The notes under the pieces: model-generated | What the model was told of the DNA's origin: nothing | The model's input: the letters and a program-made list of their open reading frames with translations, nothing else | Databases searched by the model: none | Part shown: positions 24,911 to 33,956 of the stretch, piece by piece | Layout: each line of letters opens with the position of its first letter | Numbering within the stretch: the stretch's first letter is position 1 | Position numbers and translations under genes: made by a program | Source: an uncultured Christensenellaceae bacterium | Lineage (GTDB): Bacteria; Bacillota; Clostridia; Christensenellales; Pumilibacteraceae | DNA length: 64,000 bases | Direction: 5' to 3' | Assembly (NCBI GenBank): GCA_910586925.1 | Contig: CAJUKG010000010.1 | Coordinates: 9,817 to 73,816, forward strand

Positions 24911-26533
24911 TTATTTCTTTTTTCTTTTCGCGCCGTAAGTCTTTGCCGCGGCGATAAACTCGCGGAAGATCGCTTGCGGCTTGGCGGGACGGGACTTGAA
25001 CTCGGGATGATACTGCACGCCGAGATAGAACAGCTTGTCGGTGATCTCCACCGATTCGACAAGATTGCCGTCGGGCGAAATGCCGCCGAGAGTAAGCCCT
25101 GCGGCTTGCATGGGTTCGCGCATGGCGTTATTGAATTCGTAACGGTGACGGTGACGTTCCATGACGGACGCCACGTCCGCACCGTAGCATTTTGCGAGTT
25201 TCGTGTTCGGCTTTATTACGCACTCGTATGCGCCGAGCCGCATAGTGCCGCCCGTGTTCTCGCACCCGACTTGATCTTCCATAATGTCGATCACTTTGTG
25301 CGGGGATGCGGGATCGAATTCGCGGGAATTCGCGTCGGCGATCCCGAGCACGTTACGCGCGTATTCGATGACTATGATCTGCATGCCCAAGCATATGCCG
25401 AAATACGGTTTATCGTTCTCGCGGCAATACTTGGCGGCTGTTATCATGCCTTCTATACCGCGGTCGCCGAATCCGCCCGGCACGATAACGCCGTCGGCGC
25501 AGTCGAGATAGCTCGCGACGGTATCGTCGGTGAGTTTTTCGGCGTCCACCCACTTGAGATTTATTTTAACGCCGTTATGGATACCGCCGTGCGTGAGTGC
25601 CTCTACTACCGAGAGATACGCGTCGAACATCTGCACGTACTTGCCGACGAGCGCGATAGTCACTTCGCCTTTTCTGTCCTTCGCCATTTGCACCATGGCG
25701 CGCCACTCGTCGAGCTGCGGCGGATTGTCGGGAAGATCGAGTTCGCGCGTGACTATATCGCCTATCCCGCTGTCGAGAAGAAGCAGCGGCACTTCGTACA
25801 AAAGATCGGCGTCGCGGTTTTCTATCACGCAATCGGGTTCGATATTGCACGACATTGCGAGCCGTTCTTTGAGTTTTTCGTCGAGCGGCTTGCTCGTGCG
25901 AAGCACTACGAGATTGGGCGAAATGCCGAGCGAGCGCAACGTCTTTACCGAGTGTTGCGTCGGCTTGGTCTTTACCTCGCCGCTCGAAGTGATCGTGGGT
26001 GCGAGCGTCACGTGCACGAACAGACAGTTCTCTCTGCCCACGTCGTTGCTGACCTGACGTATAGCTTCTATAAACGGCAAGCTCTCTATATCGCCGACGG
26101 TGCCGCCTATCTCGGTGATGACGACGTCCGCGTCGATTTTCTTGCCGACCGAATAAATGAACTTTTTGATTTGGCTCGTAATGTGCGGAATGACCTGCAC
26201 CGTTTCGCCGTTGTATACGCCGTCGCGCTCGTTTTGCAGCACGGTGGAATACACTTTGCCGGTAGTGAGGTTGGAAAACTTGTTCAGATTCTCGTCGATA
26301 AACCGCTCATAGTGCCCGAGGTCGAGGTCGGTTTCCGCGCCGTCCTCCGTCACGAACACTTCGCCGTGCTGAAACGGGCTCATCGTTCCGGGGTCGACGT
26401 TGATATACGGATCGAGTTTTTGCGCAATGACCTTAAGCCCCTTTGACTTGAGAATAAGCCCGAGGCTCGCCGCCGTTATGCCCTTGCCGAGTCCGGATAC
26501 GACTCCACCCGTAACAAAAATATACTTTTCCAT
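24911..26533 (-). CDS. pyrG: CTP synthase (canonical copy)
   Basis: [50 protein letters not shown] and VQYHPEF. All catalytic motifs are intact. Confidence 0.93.
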   Translation of the reverse strand: MEKYIFVTGGVVSGLGKGITAASLGLILKSKGLKVIAQKLDPYINVDPGTMSPFQHGEVFVTEDGAETDLDLGHYERFIDENLNKFSNLTTGKVYSTVLQNERDGVYNGETVQVIPHITSQIKKFIYSVGKKIDADVVITEIGGTVGDIESLPFIEAIRQVSNDVGRENCLFVHVTLAPTITSSGEVKTKPTQHSVKTLRSLGISPNLVVLRTSKPLDEKLKERLAMSCNIEPDCVIENRDADLLYEVPLLLLDSGIGDIVTRELDLPDNPPQLDEWRAMVQMAKDRKGEVTIALVGKYVQMFDAYLSVVEALTHGGIHNGVKINLKWVDAEKLTDDTVASYLDCADGVIVPGGFGDRGIEGMITAAKYCRENDKPYFGICLGMQIIVIEYARNVLGIADANSREFDPASPHKVIDIMEDQVGCENTGGTMRLGAYECVIKPNTKLAKCYGADVASVMERHRHRYEFNNAMREPMQAAGLTLGGISPDGNLVESVEITDKLFYLGVQYHPEFKSRPAKPQAIFREFIAAAKTYGAKRKKK

Positions 26534-26646
26534 GATCTACTCCGTTTGTTCCTTTTTTCCTTTATGTTGTTTTCCAACTAACCATATAAGTTTATTCCAA
26601 ATAACGCCGCTTGTCAAGTATTTTTTTACGGCTTCGGTACTTTTTG

Positions 26647-26780
26647 TTTGTGTGCAGTGGTTCTTGCGGCATGTATCGTTCGTTTAGTGTTTCCGCTCTG
26701 CTTTTTCCGACCTAACATTTTATTTGTGTGCCGTAATTCTTGCGGCATGTGCCGTTCGTTTAGTGTTTCCGCTCTGCTTT
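26647..26780. repeat. Two ~58-nt direct repeats (26647..26704 and 26723..26780, period 76 nt) in the pyrG upstream region
   Basis: tttgtgtgcagtggttcttgcggcatgtatcgttcgtttagtgtttccgctctgcttt vs tttgtgtgccgtaattcttgcggcatgtgccgttcgtttagtgtttccgctctgcttt (5 mismatches). They are related to copy A at 12619..12644. Confidence 0.7.
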
Positions 26781-26814
26781 TCAATGCAGGCGTGATAATT
26801 ATTTCTCGACGAAT

Positions 26815-26896
26815 GAGATTTCTCGACTGCGCACAGAATGTAATTGTTCACGTTACGTAAAACACACTTGTCATTCCGAACGCAGTGAAGAATCTC
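26815..26896. repeat. Imperfect ~25-nt inverted repeat (REP-like)
   Basis: gagatttctcgactgcgcacagaatg (26815..26840) vs the reverse complement of cattccgaacgcagtgaagaatctc (26872..26896). A related word, gagatctctccgctccgttcgc, occurs at 51771. Confidence 0.5.
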
Positions 26897-26916
26897 ATCC
26901 TTTTATTCTTGCCGAT

Positions 26917-29637
26917 TTACGTATATATGATCTCTGCCTTTTTGAATAAACCTTTAACCGCGGGAGCATTTTGGAAAATCTCTTTTATTCTCGGTTTGAA
27001 TAATTTAGGGAGCGATATTTGCTGAATATTCTTACAATCAGAAAAAGCGCATTGTCCGATTTCTATTACACTGTTCGGTATCGTAACGCTCGTCAAGCTA
27101 TAACAATCCCAAAAAGCATGCGCCCCGATACTCGTCACACTGTCGGGAATTGTTATATTTGTTAAATTATTGCAGAACCGAAACGCTTCTTCGCCAATGG
27201 TGGTTATACCGCTTGATATTGTTACGCTATTTAACTTTTTCCAACTATCAAATTCACAAAATCCGATACTGTGTTTTTCTCCCGGCAATATCGTCAAAAT
27301 TTTTATACGCTCCGATAATTCCTTTTTAACTTCGCTGTCCATAATAAGCGCGGGTATTGTTATACTGCACAATCTATCGCATTTATCGAAAGCCCCGCCT
27401 TTGTCCGACTTAAATTGCGGTTTTCCAATACTTAAAACACTGTTTGGTATAATTATACTCGTTAAACTACTGCAATCGGAAAATGCATGTCTACCGATAC
27501 TCGTCACACTATTCGATATCGTTATACTCGTCAATCCGCTGCAACCGTAAAAAGCAAACTCTCCGATATTTGTCACGCTATTCGGTATCGTTATACTCGT
27601 TAATCCTTTGCAACTGCTAAAAGCAAATCCTCCGATATTGGTCACACCATTCGGTATCGTTATACTCGTTAAGCTACGGCAATCGGAAAATGCATTACTC
27701 CAGATACTCGTCAAGCTATCCGGCATTGTTATACTCGCTAAACCCGTACAACCGCAAAAAGCGTGATTTTTGATCTTTGTCGCACTATTCGGTATCGCTA
27801 TACTCGTTAAGCTGCTACAGTCCTTAAATATGCTCGCTTCTATAATCGTTATACTGTTCGGCATCGTCACATTTGTTAAACCGCCGCAACATCTAAAAGC
27901 ATCTTCCCCGATACTCGTCACGCTATCGGGTATCGTCATGCTCGTCAAGTTGCTACAACCCCAGAAAGCACCATTACCGATACTCGTAACGCTGTTCGGT
28001 ATCGTTATGCTCGTTAAGCTACTGCAACCGTAAAATGCCCTATCCCCGATACTCGTCACGCCGTCGGGAATAGTAATATGTTTTATCTCTTTATCACCGC
28101 TGTACTTTGTTACCTTGCCGTCAACCAATCCGAAAATGCGTATAATTTCTGCTTCTTGTTGGCGTTTTAACTCGATTTCTCTTTGACGGTCTTCTTCGGC
28201 TTTAAGTTCCGAATATCTGTCGTTTAATATATTCTCGAGTTCGGAAAATGCCGTCGAATTGCCCGCATACTTTTTCGCGTTTATATACGACTGCTTTTTC
28301 CTGACGGCGTCTACCTTTGCGGTACTTGTCAACTGCGCAAGCAAACCCGATCGCCAATTATCTATATCGACAATATTTATATCGCAAAGAAAAAGCAACC
28401 GCCACAACTCGGGATTGTTCGGGTCGCTGTCCAATGCCCGATTACAACATGCCGCCGCGCCCGAAAAATCATTCGCGCTCAAAAACTGCTTTACCCGCAC
28501 TGTAATTGCCGCAATGTTTACACCCGCGCCGCCCGCGTTCACTATCTGCGGTTGTTGTTGCGCGTTTATGCTCGCGAGCTTATTCTCGAGCTCTATTCTC
28601 GCCGCTTCCTGTTGCGCCTTTAATTCCTCGAGCTGTTTCTTTAATATCTCCGCTTCTTGCGCTTTATTCTTCTCGGCGTTCGCTTTTCTCGCTTTCGCTT
28701 CGGGTGTGTGTTTATCGACGTAATCTACTATTCTGTTCAGTGCGTCGACACTGCGAATATTTATGCCTTGAACCTTTCCGTTCCTGCCGGGAATACGTTC
28801 TATCGGCTCGCCGTCGAATACTATCGTTATACTGTCGTTATCCTTTTGCTCGTCGCGCACGAGTTCGTTAAACCGCGTACACTCGTTCTTCACCCACGGC
28901 GTATTCAGATACTCCGCGTTCGAGCACACCACTATCATGCACTCCGAGCTGTGCAAGGCGTACAATATCAGTGCTTCGTAATCGACGCCCGTTCTGTCCT
29001 GCATTTCACGTTCCGAAAAGAACGGTTTATATCCTTTGCCGCGAAGCTGAAAATACAGGTCGTCCGCTGTTTTGTAATCTTTCGTTCTACCGCCCGTATT
29101 GTCGTCGGTGACTTTCACGCATATAAAGCAATCGTAATCGAGTCCGCTGTTCTTTATTGCGTTGAACTCGCCGTGTATATAGTCTATCTCCTCGGCGCGG
29201 CGGCGGTATTCGTCTTTCTGTTCTTCCGTCGCGAGGGCTGTTGCGAGTTTATAGTTTTTGTTGTTTGTGAATTTATTGTTCGTTACGTCGTGGCATATAG
29301 GCTGATACCTATATATCTTTTTCGGTTCGTTGGTTTCGGGGTCTTTTCTTTCATGTTCCTCTCTTACGTACTGCACTTTGAATTCGGAAAGAGCCATGCC
29401 GAAATACGCTTGCGGTTCGCAGTTATCGTACTCGCTCGCTTTTTCGTATGCGGTATACGCTTCGTCGAACTTACAGCTCGACAGCGCGTGCTCGCCTATT
29501 TTCAGAAAATGCACTGCGTTCGCGTCGGTACTTTTCGCAATTATATGCTTGCGGTGACAGTACCTGCACTCGATCACGCCGTTCTTTCCCTCCCCTTCGA
29601 GCGGCGCGCCGCAGTATTTACATACCGTGTTTTCCAT
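26917..29637 (-). CDS. Zn-ribbon / TIR-like domain / coiled coil / BspA-type LRR protein (906 aa, cytoplasmic)
   Basis: CKYCGAPLEGEGKNGVIECRYCHRKH (zinc ribbon). YDCFICVKV...ADDLYFQLRGKGYKPFFSEREM...ALHSSECMIVVCSNAEYLNTPWVKNECTRF (TIR-like, nt ~28738..29139). K/E/Q coiled coils follow. There are about 15 LRR units of the type TIPxSVTSIGxxAFxxCSSLTSI (nt ~26965..28125). No signal peptide or TM is present. Confidence 0.8.
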   Translation of the reverse strand: MENTVCKYCGAPLEGEGKNGVIECRYCHRKHIIAKSTDANAVHFLKIGEHALSSCKFDEAYTAYEKASEYDNCEPQAYFGMALSEFKVQYVREEHERKDPETNEPKKIYRYQPICHDVTNNKFTNNKNYKLATALATEEQKDEYRRRAEEIDYIHGEFNAIKNSGLDYDCFICVKVTDDNTGGRTKDYKTADDLYFQLRGKGYKPFFSEREMQDRTGVDYEALILYALHSSECMIVVCSNAEYLNTPWVKNECTRFNELVRDEQKDNDSITIVFDGEPIERIPGRNGKVQGINIRSVDALNRIVDYVDKHTPEAKARKANAEKNKAQEAEILKKQLEELKAQQEAARIELENKLASINAQQQPQIVNAGGAGVNIAAITVRVKQFLSANDFSGAAACCNRALDSDPNNPELWRLLFLCDINIVDIDNWRSGLLAQLTSTAKVDAVRKKQSYINAKKYAGNSTAFSELENILNDRYSELKAEEDRQREIELKRQQEAEIIRIFGLVDGKVTKYSGDKEIKHITIPDGVTSIGDRAFYGCSSLTSITIPNSVTSIGNGAFWGCSNLTSMTIPDSVTSIGEDAFRCCGGLTNVTMPNSITIIEASIFKDCSSLTSIAIPNSATKIKNHAFCGCTGLASITMPDSLTSIWSNAFSDCRSLTSITIPNGVTNIGGFAFSSCKGLTSITIPNSVTNIGEFAFYGCSGLTSITISNSVTSIGRHAFSDCSSLTSIIIPNSVLSIGKPQFKSDKGGAFDKCDRLCSITIPALIMDSEVKKELSERIKILTILPGEKHSIGFCEFDSWKKLNSVTISSGITTIGEEAFRFCNNLTNITIPDSVTSIGAHAFWDCYSLTSVTIPNSVIEIGQCAFSDCKNIQQISLPKLFKPRIKEIFQNAPAVKGLFKKAEIIYT

Positions 29638-29710
29638 ACTTGTTTCCCTTTGACTTTTATTCGGAATGCGTAATTCGGAATTATTGTGTCTTAATCTTTA
29701 ATTCGACCAC

Positions 29711-29757
29711 AATTTTTAATTATTAATTGATTTGTCCTCAATTATTAATTTTTAATT
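29711..29757. promoter_or_regulatory. Split copy of the A/T-only box: AATTTTTAATTATTAATT (29711..29728) + 11 nt + AATTATTAATTTTTAATT (29740..29757)
   Basis: Seen directly. It lies between the carB-dapF stop (29760) and the start of the TIR-LRR gene (29637). Compare 35059..35083 and 57845..57869. Confidence 0.5.
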
Positions 29758-29759
29758 AC

Positions 29760-30617
29760 TTACAGTCTTACCGTGCCTCTGAACACTTCACACGCCTCGC
29801 CCGTCATATACACCGTTTCGTCGGTATAGCGGATTATGAGTTCGCCGCCCGGCAGTCGCACCGAAATATCGGTGTTCTTGTCGCACTTGCCGCCGAGCAC
29901 CGCCGCGACCGCCGCCGCACACGCGCCGCTGCCGCAAGCCATAGTTTCACCCGTGCCGCGTTCGTACACGCGGAGTTTGATATGCGTGCGGTCGATTATC
30001 TGCATGAATCCGACGTTGACGCCCTCGGGGAAAAGCGATTTATCCTCGCCGATGCATTTTCCTATTCCTTCGACGTCGCAGTTTTGCACGTCCGACACGA
30101 CGATCGTGCAGTGCGGATTGCCCATTGACGAACAGGTCACGGCGAACTTGCCTTTCGGCGTGTCTATCTCGCGCTCGACCACCGCGTCGCCGGGAAGATT
30201 TACGGGCACTGCGGCGGGGTCAAGCTCGGCTTTGCCCATATCCACTCTCACCGAATTGACTTTGCCGTCGCGGGCGAACAGCTTGAGCTTCTTCGCGCCC
30301 GACAGCGTATCGACTGTTATATCGAGCTTATCGGTCTTGCCGTTGTCGTACAGGTATTTGCCCACACAGCGAATACCGTTGCCGCACATTTTGCCTTCCG
30401 ACCCGTCGGAATTGAACATGCGCATCGTCGCGTCGCAGGTTTCGGACGGATAAATGAATATCACGCCGTCGCCGCCCACGCTGAAATGTCTGTCCGAAAG
30501 ATTGACCGCGACCGATTCCATATTCGTTATCGGTCTGTTCAAACAATCCACGTATATGTAGTCGTTGCCGCAACCGTGCATCTTGATAAAGTTGAGCCGC
30601 TGCCGCTCGGTGCGCAT
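29760..30617 (-). other. dapF: DapF (diaminopimelate epimerase) module inside the carB reading frame
   Basis: The internal Met at 30617..30615 is in the same frame as carB, and no SD precedes it. Both DapF catalytic Cys contexts (CGNG and ACGSGA) are present. Confidence 0.75.
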
Positions 30618-33600
30618 ATTGTTGATGTCCACAAGCTCGGTGTTGTACTGACTGTAACGGCTCTTGAGCGCGCGCGCGACTGCATTCGCCGTGTCTATTG
30701 CGGTAAGACACGGTATACCGCGCGCGACGGCACGGCAACGCAACCGCACGTCGTCGTGCGTAGGTATCCTGCCGCGCGTCGAGGTGGAAACGAGGTAGTC
30801 TATCTTGCCCGAATTGAGAAGGCTCATAGTGTTTTCGCCGGGGCACTCGTTGAGTTTGGCGGCGACCGTAACGTTCATACCCGACCGCCGAATAACTTCC
30901 GCCGTGCCCTCCGTCGCGTACAGCTCGAACCCGAGCTCGTAATAGTTTTTCGCGACGTTCGCAATCTCCGATTTATCGGTATCGCGCACGGTGAGAAGTA
31001 TGCCGCCGCGACGTTTCATTTTGTAGCCCGCCGCAACAAGCCCTTTGTATAACGCCTCGTCGAGAGTTTTGCCGACGCCGAGCACCTCGCCCGTCGATTT
31101 CATTTCGGGACCGAGGTGGGTGTCGAGGTCGGTGAGTTTCTCGAACGAGAAGATGGGGACTTTGACCGCGACGTACGGCGCGGACGGATAAAGTCCCGTG
31201 CCGTAACCGAGCTTTTTGAGCTTTTTGCCCACCATACACTCGGTGGCGAGCTTTATCATAGGCACGCCCGTCACTTTGGAAATGTACGGAATGGTGCGCG
31301 ACGAGCGCGGATTGACCTCTATGACGTAGATCTTGCCGTCGCTTATTATGTATTGGATATTGACAAGCCCTTTGGTATCGAGCGCGGTCGCGAGCTGTTT
31401 GGTGTACTCGATGATTTCTTCCTTGTTCTTGTCCGAAATGTTCTGCGACGGATACACCGCTATCGAGTCGCCGCTGTGAATTCCCGCGCGTTCGATATGC
31501 TCCATTATGCCGGGTATAAGTATATCCTCGCCGTCGCAGATAGCATCGACTTCTATCTCCGTACCCATTACGTACTTGTCGATGAGCACTACATTGTCGG
31601 GATTGCCGTCGAGAATAATGGACATGTATTCGCGCACGTCGTCGTCCGAGAACGCGATTATCATGTTCTGTCCGCCGAGAACGTACGACGGACGCAACAG
31701 CACGGGATAGCCGAGCGCGTTGCCCGCCGCGAGTGCCTGCTCCGTCGTCTTGACGGTGTGACCCTGCGGACGCGCAATGCCGAGTTTTTCGAGAAGCGCG
31801 TCGAACCTTTCGCGGTCCTCCGCCGCGTCTATCGAATCGGCGGGGGTGCCGAGTATGCGCACGCCCTTTTCGGAAAGATGCTTTGTCAGTTTTATAGCGG
31901 TCTGACCGCCGAACGCCACGACCACGCCGTACGGACGCTCGGTCGCAATGACGTTATCGACGTCCTCCTCGGTGAGCGGCTCGAAGTACAGTCTGTCCGC
32001 AGTGTCGAAATCGGTGGAAACCGTTTCGGGGTTGTTGTTTACGATCGCGACGTCGTAACCGAGAGCTTTAAGCTCCCACACGCAGTGCACCGACGCATAG
32101 TCGAATTCTATGCCCTGCCCGATACGGATAGGTCCCGACCCGAAAACTATCACCCGCTTCGCCTTACCCGCGCGCTCCTCGATAAACTCTTTCGCTTCGT
32201 TCTCGTCGTCGTAAGTCGAATAGAAATACGGCGTTTCCGCTTTGAACTCGGCGGCGCAGGTATCGACGGTTTTGAACACCGCGCGTTTATGCATAGGCAG
32301 TTTGTTCCCCGAAATCGCTTCGAGTGCCTTGTCGGGATAGCCGAGCTTCTTGCCCGTAATATACTCGGACTTGGTCATTTCGCGGTTTTCGATGCTGTTC
32401 TCGTAATCGACGAGGTTTTCGATCTTGTTCAAGAACCACGGGTCGATACGCGTGATCTTCGCGATTTTCTCGACGCCGAACCCGCGTCGCACCGCTTCGT
32501 ACAGTATGAAAAGCCGATAGTCGGTGGCGGGCATGAGCATGCTCTCGATCTGTTCGTCGGAAAGGCTCTCGTAATGCGGGTTTCTGAGCGTGTCCGCACC
32601 GAGCGCGCCGCGCACCGCTTTCAGCAATCCCGCCTCGAAACACGGCGCGATCGACATGACCTCGCCCGTCGCTTTCATCTGCGTGCCGAGCGTGCGCTTG
32701 GCGTACACGAATTTATCGAACGGCCATTTAGGAAGTTTGACTACGCAATAGTCGATCGCAGGCTCGAAGCATGCGCAGGTCTTACCCGTAACGGCGTTGG
32801 TTATTTCGTCAAGAGTGTAACCGAGCGCGATGAGAGTAGTCACTTTCGCTATCGGATACCCCGTCGCTTTGGACGCGAGCGCGGACGAGCGCGACACGCG
32901 CGGATTGACCTCGATAACCGCATAATCGTTGGAATCGGGGTCGAGCGCGAACTGCACGTTGCAACCGCCCTCTATCTTGAGATGAGTTATTATATTGAGC
33001 GCGGCGGTGCGCAGCATTTGGAAATCTTTGTCCGAAAGCGTCATTGTCGGCGCAACCACTATGCTGTCGCCCGTATGTATACCGACGGGATCGAGGTTTT
33101 CCATCGAACACACGGTAATGACGTTACCGAGCTTGTCGCGCATGACCTCGAACTCTATTTCTTTCCAACCGTAAATACTCTTTTCGATAAGTGCTTGATG
33201 GATCGGCGAAAGCTCGAGTCCTCCCCGCGCTATCTCGCGCAGTTCTTTCTCGTTCTCGGCAATGCCGCCGCCCGCGCCGCCCAGCGTGAATGCGGGGCGC
33301 ACTATCACGGGATAGCCTATCTTGTTCGCGAACTCGACCGCCGCGTCGACTTCGGTCACGACGTCCGACGGTATGCACGGCTGATCTATCTCGAGCATCG
33401 CTTCCTTGAACAGTTCGCGGTCCTCCGCTTTGTCTATCGTTTCGGGTCGCACGCCGAGAAGCCGCACGCCGTGCTCGGCTAAAAATCCAGATTTCGCAAG
33501 CTCCATCGAGAGAGTCAAACCCGTCTGTCCGCCAAGTCCCGGAAGAATTCCGTCCGGCTTTTCGCGAAGTATAATACGCTCGAGCGTGGGCACGGTGAGC

Positions 33601-33803
33601 GGCTCTATATAAATGGCGTCCGCCATCGCTTTATCGGTCATGATCGTCGCGGGATTGGAATTGACGAGCACGACTTCCACTTTCTTGCTCTTGAGCGTGC
33701 GGCAAGCCTGTGTGCCCGCATAATCGAATTCCGCCGCCTGACCTATCGTGATAGGTCCCGACCCGATTACGAGTACCTTTTTGATGCTTTTATCTTTAGG
33801 CAT
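29760..33803 (-). CDS. carB: Carbamoyl-phosphate synthase large subunit fused in frame to diaminopimelate epimerase (1347 aa)
   Basis: The first ~1062 aa are a complete CarB (two ATP-grasp halves, oligomerisation domain, MGS-like end ...CLTAIDTANAVARALKSRYSQYNTELVDINN). This continues without a stop into MRTERQRLNFIKMHGCGNDYIYVD...MFNSDGSEGKMCGNGIRC...MGNPHCTIVV...YERGTGETMACGSGACAAA... (DapF). Confidence 0.85.
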   Translation of the reverse strand: MPKDKSIKKVLVIGSGPITIGQAAEFDYAGTQACRTLKSKKVEVVLVNSNPATIMTDKAMADAIYIEPLTVPTLERIILREKPDGILPGLGGQTGLTLSMELAKSGFLAEHGVRLLGVRPETIDKAEDRELFKEAMLEIDQPCIPSDVVTEVDAAVEFANKIGYPVIVRPAFTLGGAGGGIAENEKELREIARGGLELSPIHQALIEKSIYGWKEIEFEVMRDKLGNVITVCSMENLDPVGIHTGDSIVVAPTMTLSDKDFQMLRTAALNIITHLKIEGGCNVQFALDPDSNDYAVIEVNPRVSRSSALASKATGYPIAKVTTLIALGYTLDEITNAVTGKTCACFEPAIDYCVVKLPKWPFDKFVYAKRTLGTQMKATGEVMSIAPCFEAGLLKAVRGALGADTLRNPHYESLSDEQIESMLMPATDYRLFILYEAVRRGFGVEKIAKITRIDPWFLNKIENLVDYENSIENREMTKSEYITGKKLGYPDKALEAISGNKLPMHKRAVFKTVDTCAAEFKAETPYFYSTYDDENEAKEFIEERAGKAKRVIVFGSGPIRIGQGIEFDYASVHCVWELKALGYDVAIVNNNPETVSTDFDTADRLYFEPLTEEDVDNVIATERPYGVVVAFGGQTAIKLTKHLSEKGVRILGTPADSIDAAEDRERFDALLEKLGIARPQGHTVKTTEQALAAGNALGYPVLLRPSYVLGGQNMIIAFSDDDVREYMSIILDGNPDNVVLIDKYVMGTEIEVDAICDGEDILIPGIMEHIERAGIHSGDSIAVYPSQNISDKNKEEIIEYTKQLATALDTKGLVNIQYIISDGKIYVIEVNPRSSRTIPYISKVTGVPMIKLATECMVGKKLKKLGYGTGLYPSAPYVAVKVPIFSFEKLTDLDTHLGPEMKSTGEVLGVGKTLDEALYKGLVAAGYKMKRRGGILLTVRDTDKSEIANVAKNYYELGFELYATEGTAEVIRRSGMNVTVAAKLNECPGENTMSLLNSGKIDYLVSTSTRGRIPTHDDVRLRCRAVARGIPCLTAIDTANAVARALKSRYSQYNTELVDINNMRTERQRLNFIKMHGCGNDYIYVDCLNRPITNMESVAVNLSDRHFSVGGDGVIFIYPSETCDATMRMFNSDGSEGKMCGNGIRCVGKYLYDNGKTDKLDITVDTLSGAKKLKLFARDGKVNSVRVDMGKAELDPAAVPVNLPGDAVVEREIDTPKGKFAVTCSSMGNPHCTIVVSDVQNCDVEGIGKCIGEDKSLFPEGVNVGFMQIIDRTHIKLRVYERGTGETMACGSGACAAAVAAVLGGKCDKNTDISVRLPGGELIIRYTDETVYMTGEACEVFRGTVRL

Positions 33804-33956
33804 AATTTCTTATACTCCTTTATTCCTTGTTGATTTGTGTTTTCTCTTTCGGCATGAACTTGCGTAACATATCGGCAAATTCGACTCAAAGTTCATAGGT
33901 CGCCGCAACGACGCGCTCCGCCGCGTCGAGCAAGCCTTTTACGTACTTACCGCCGC

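Noticed and set aside
26647-26780. Possible CRISPR array (direct repeats of ~58 nt)
   Set aside because: There are only two copies. They are imperfect, too long for CRISPR repeats, have an 18-nt spacer, and no cas genes are nearby. I treat them as a duplicated REP-like element.
33804-33956. Two overlapping micro-ORFs in the carA-carB spacer: MSGGKYVKGLLDAAERVVAADL at 33960..33892 (ATGA overlap with the carA stop), and a 28-aa ORF starting at 33895
   Set aside because: They are too short to support without conservation or expression data. The second has atypical codon usage. I mention them only as something Ribo-seq could test.
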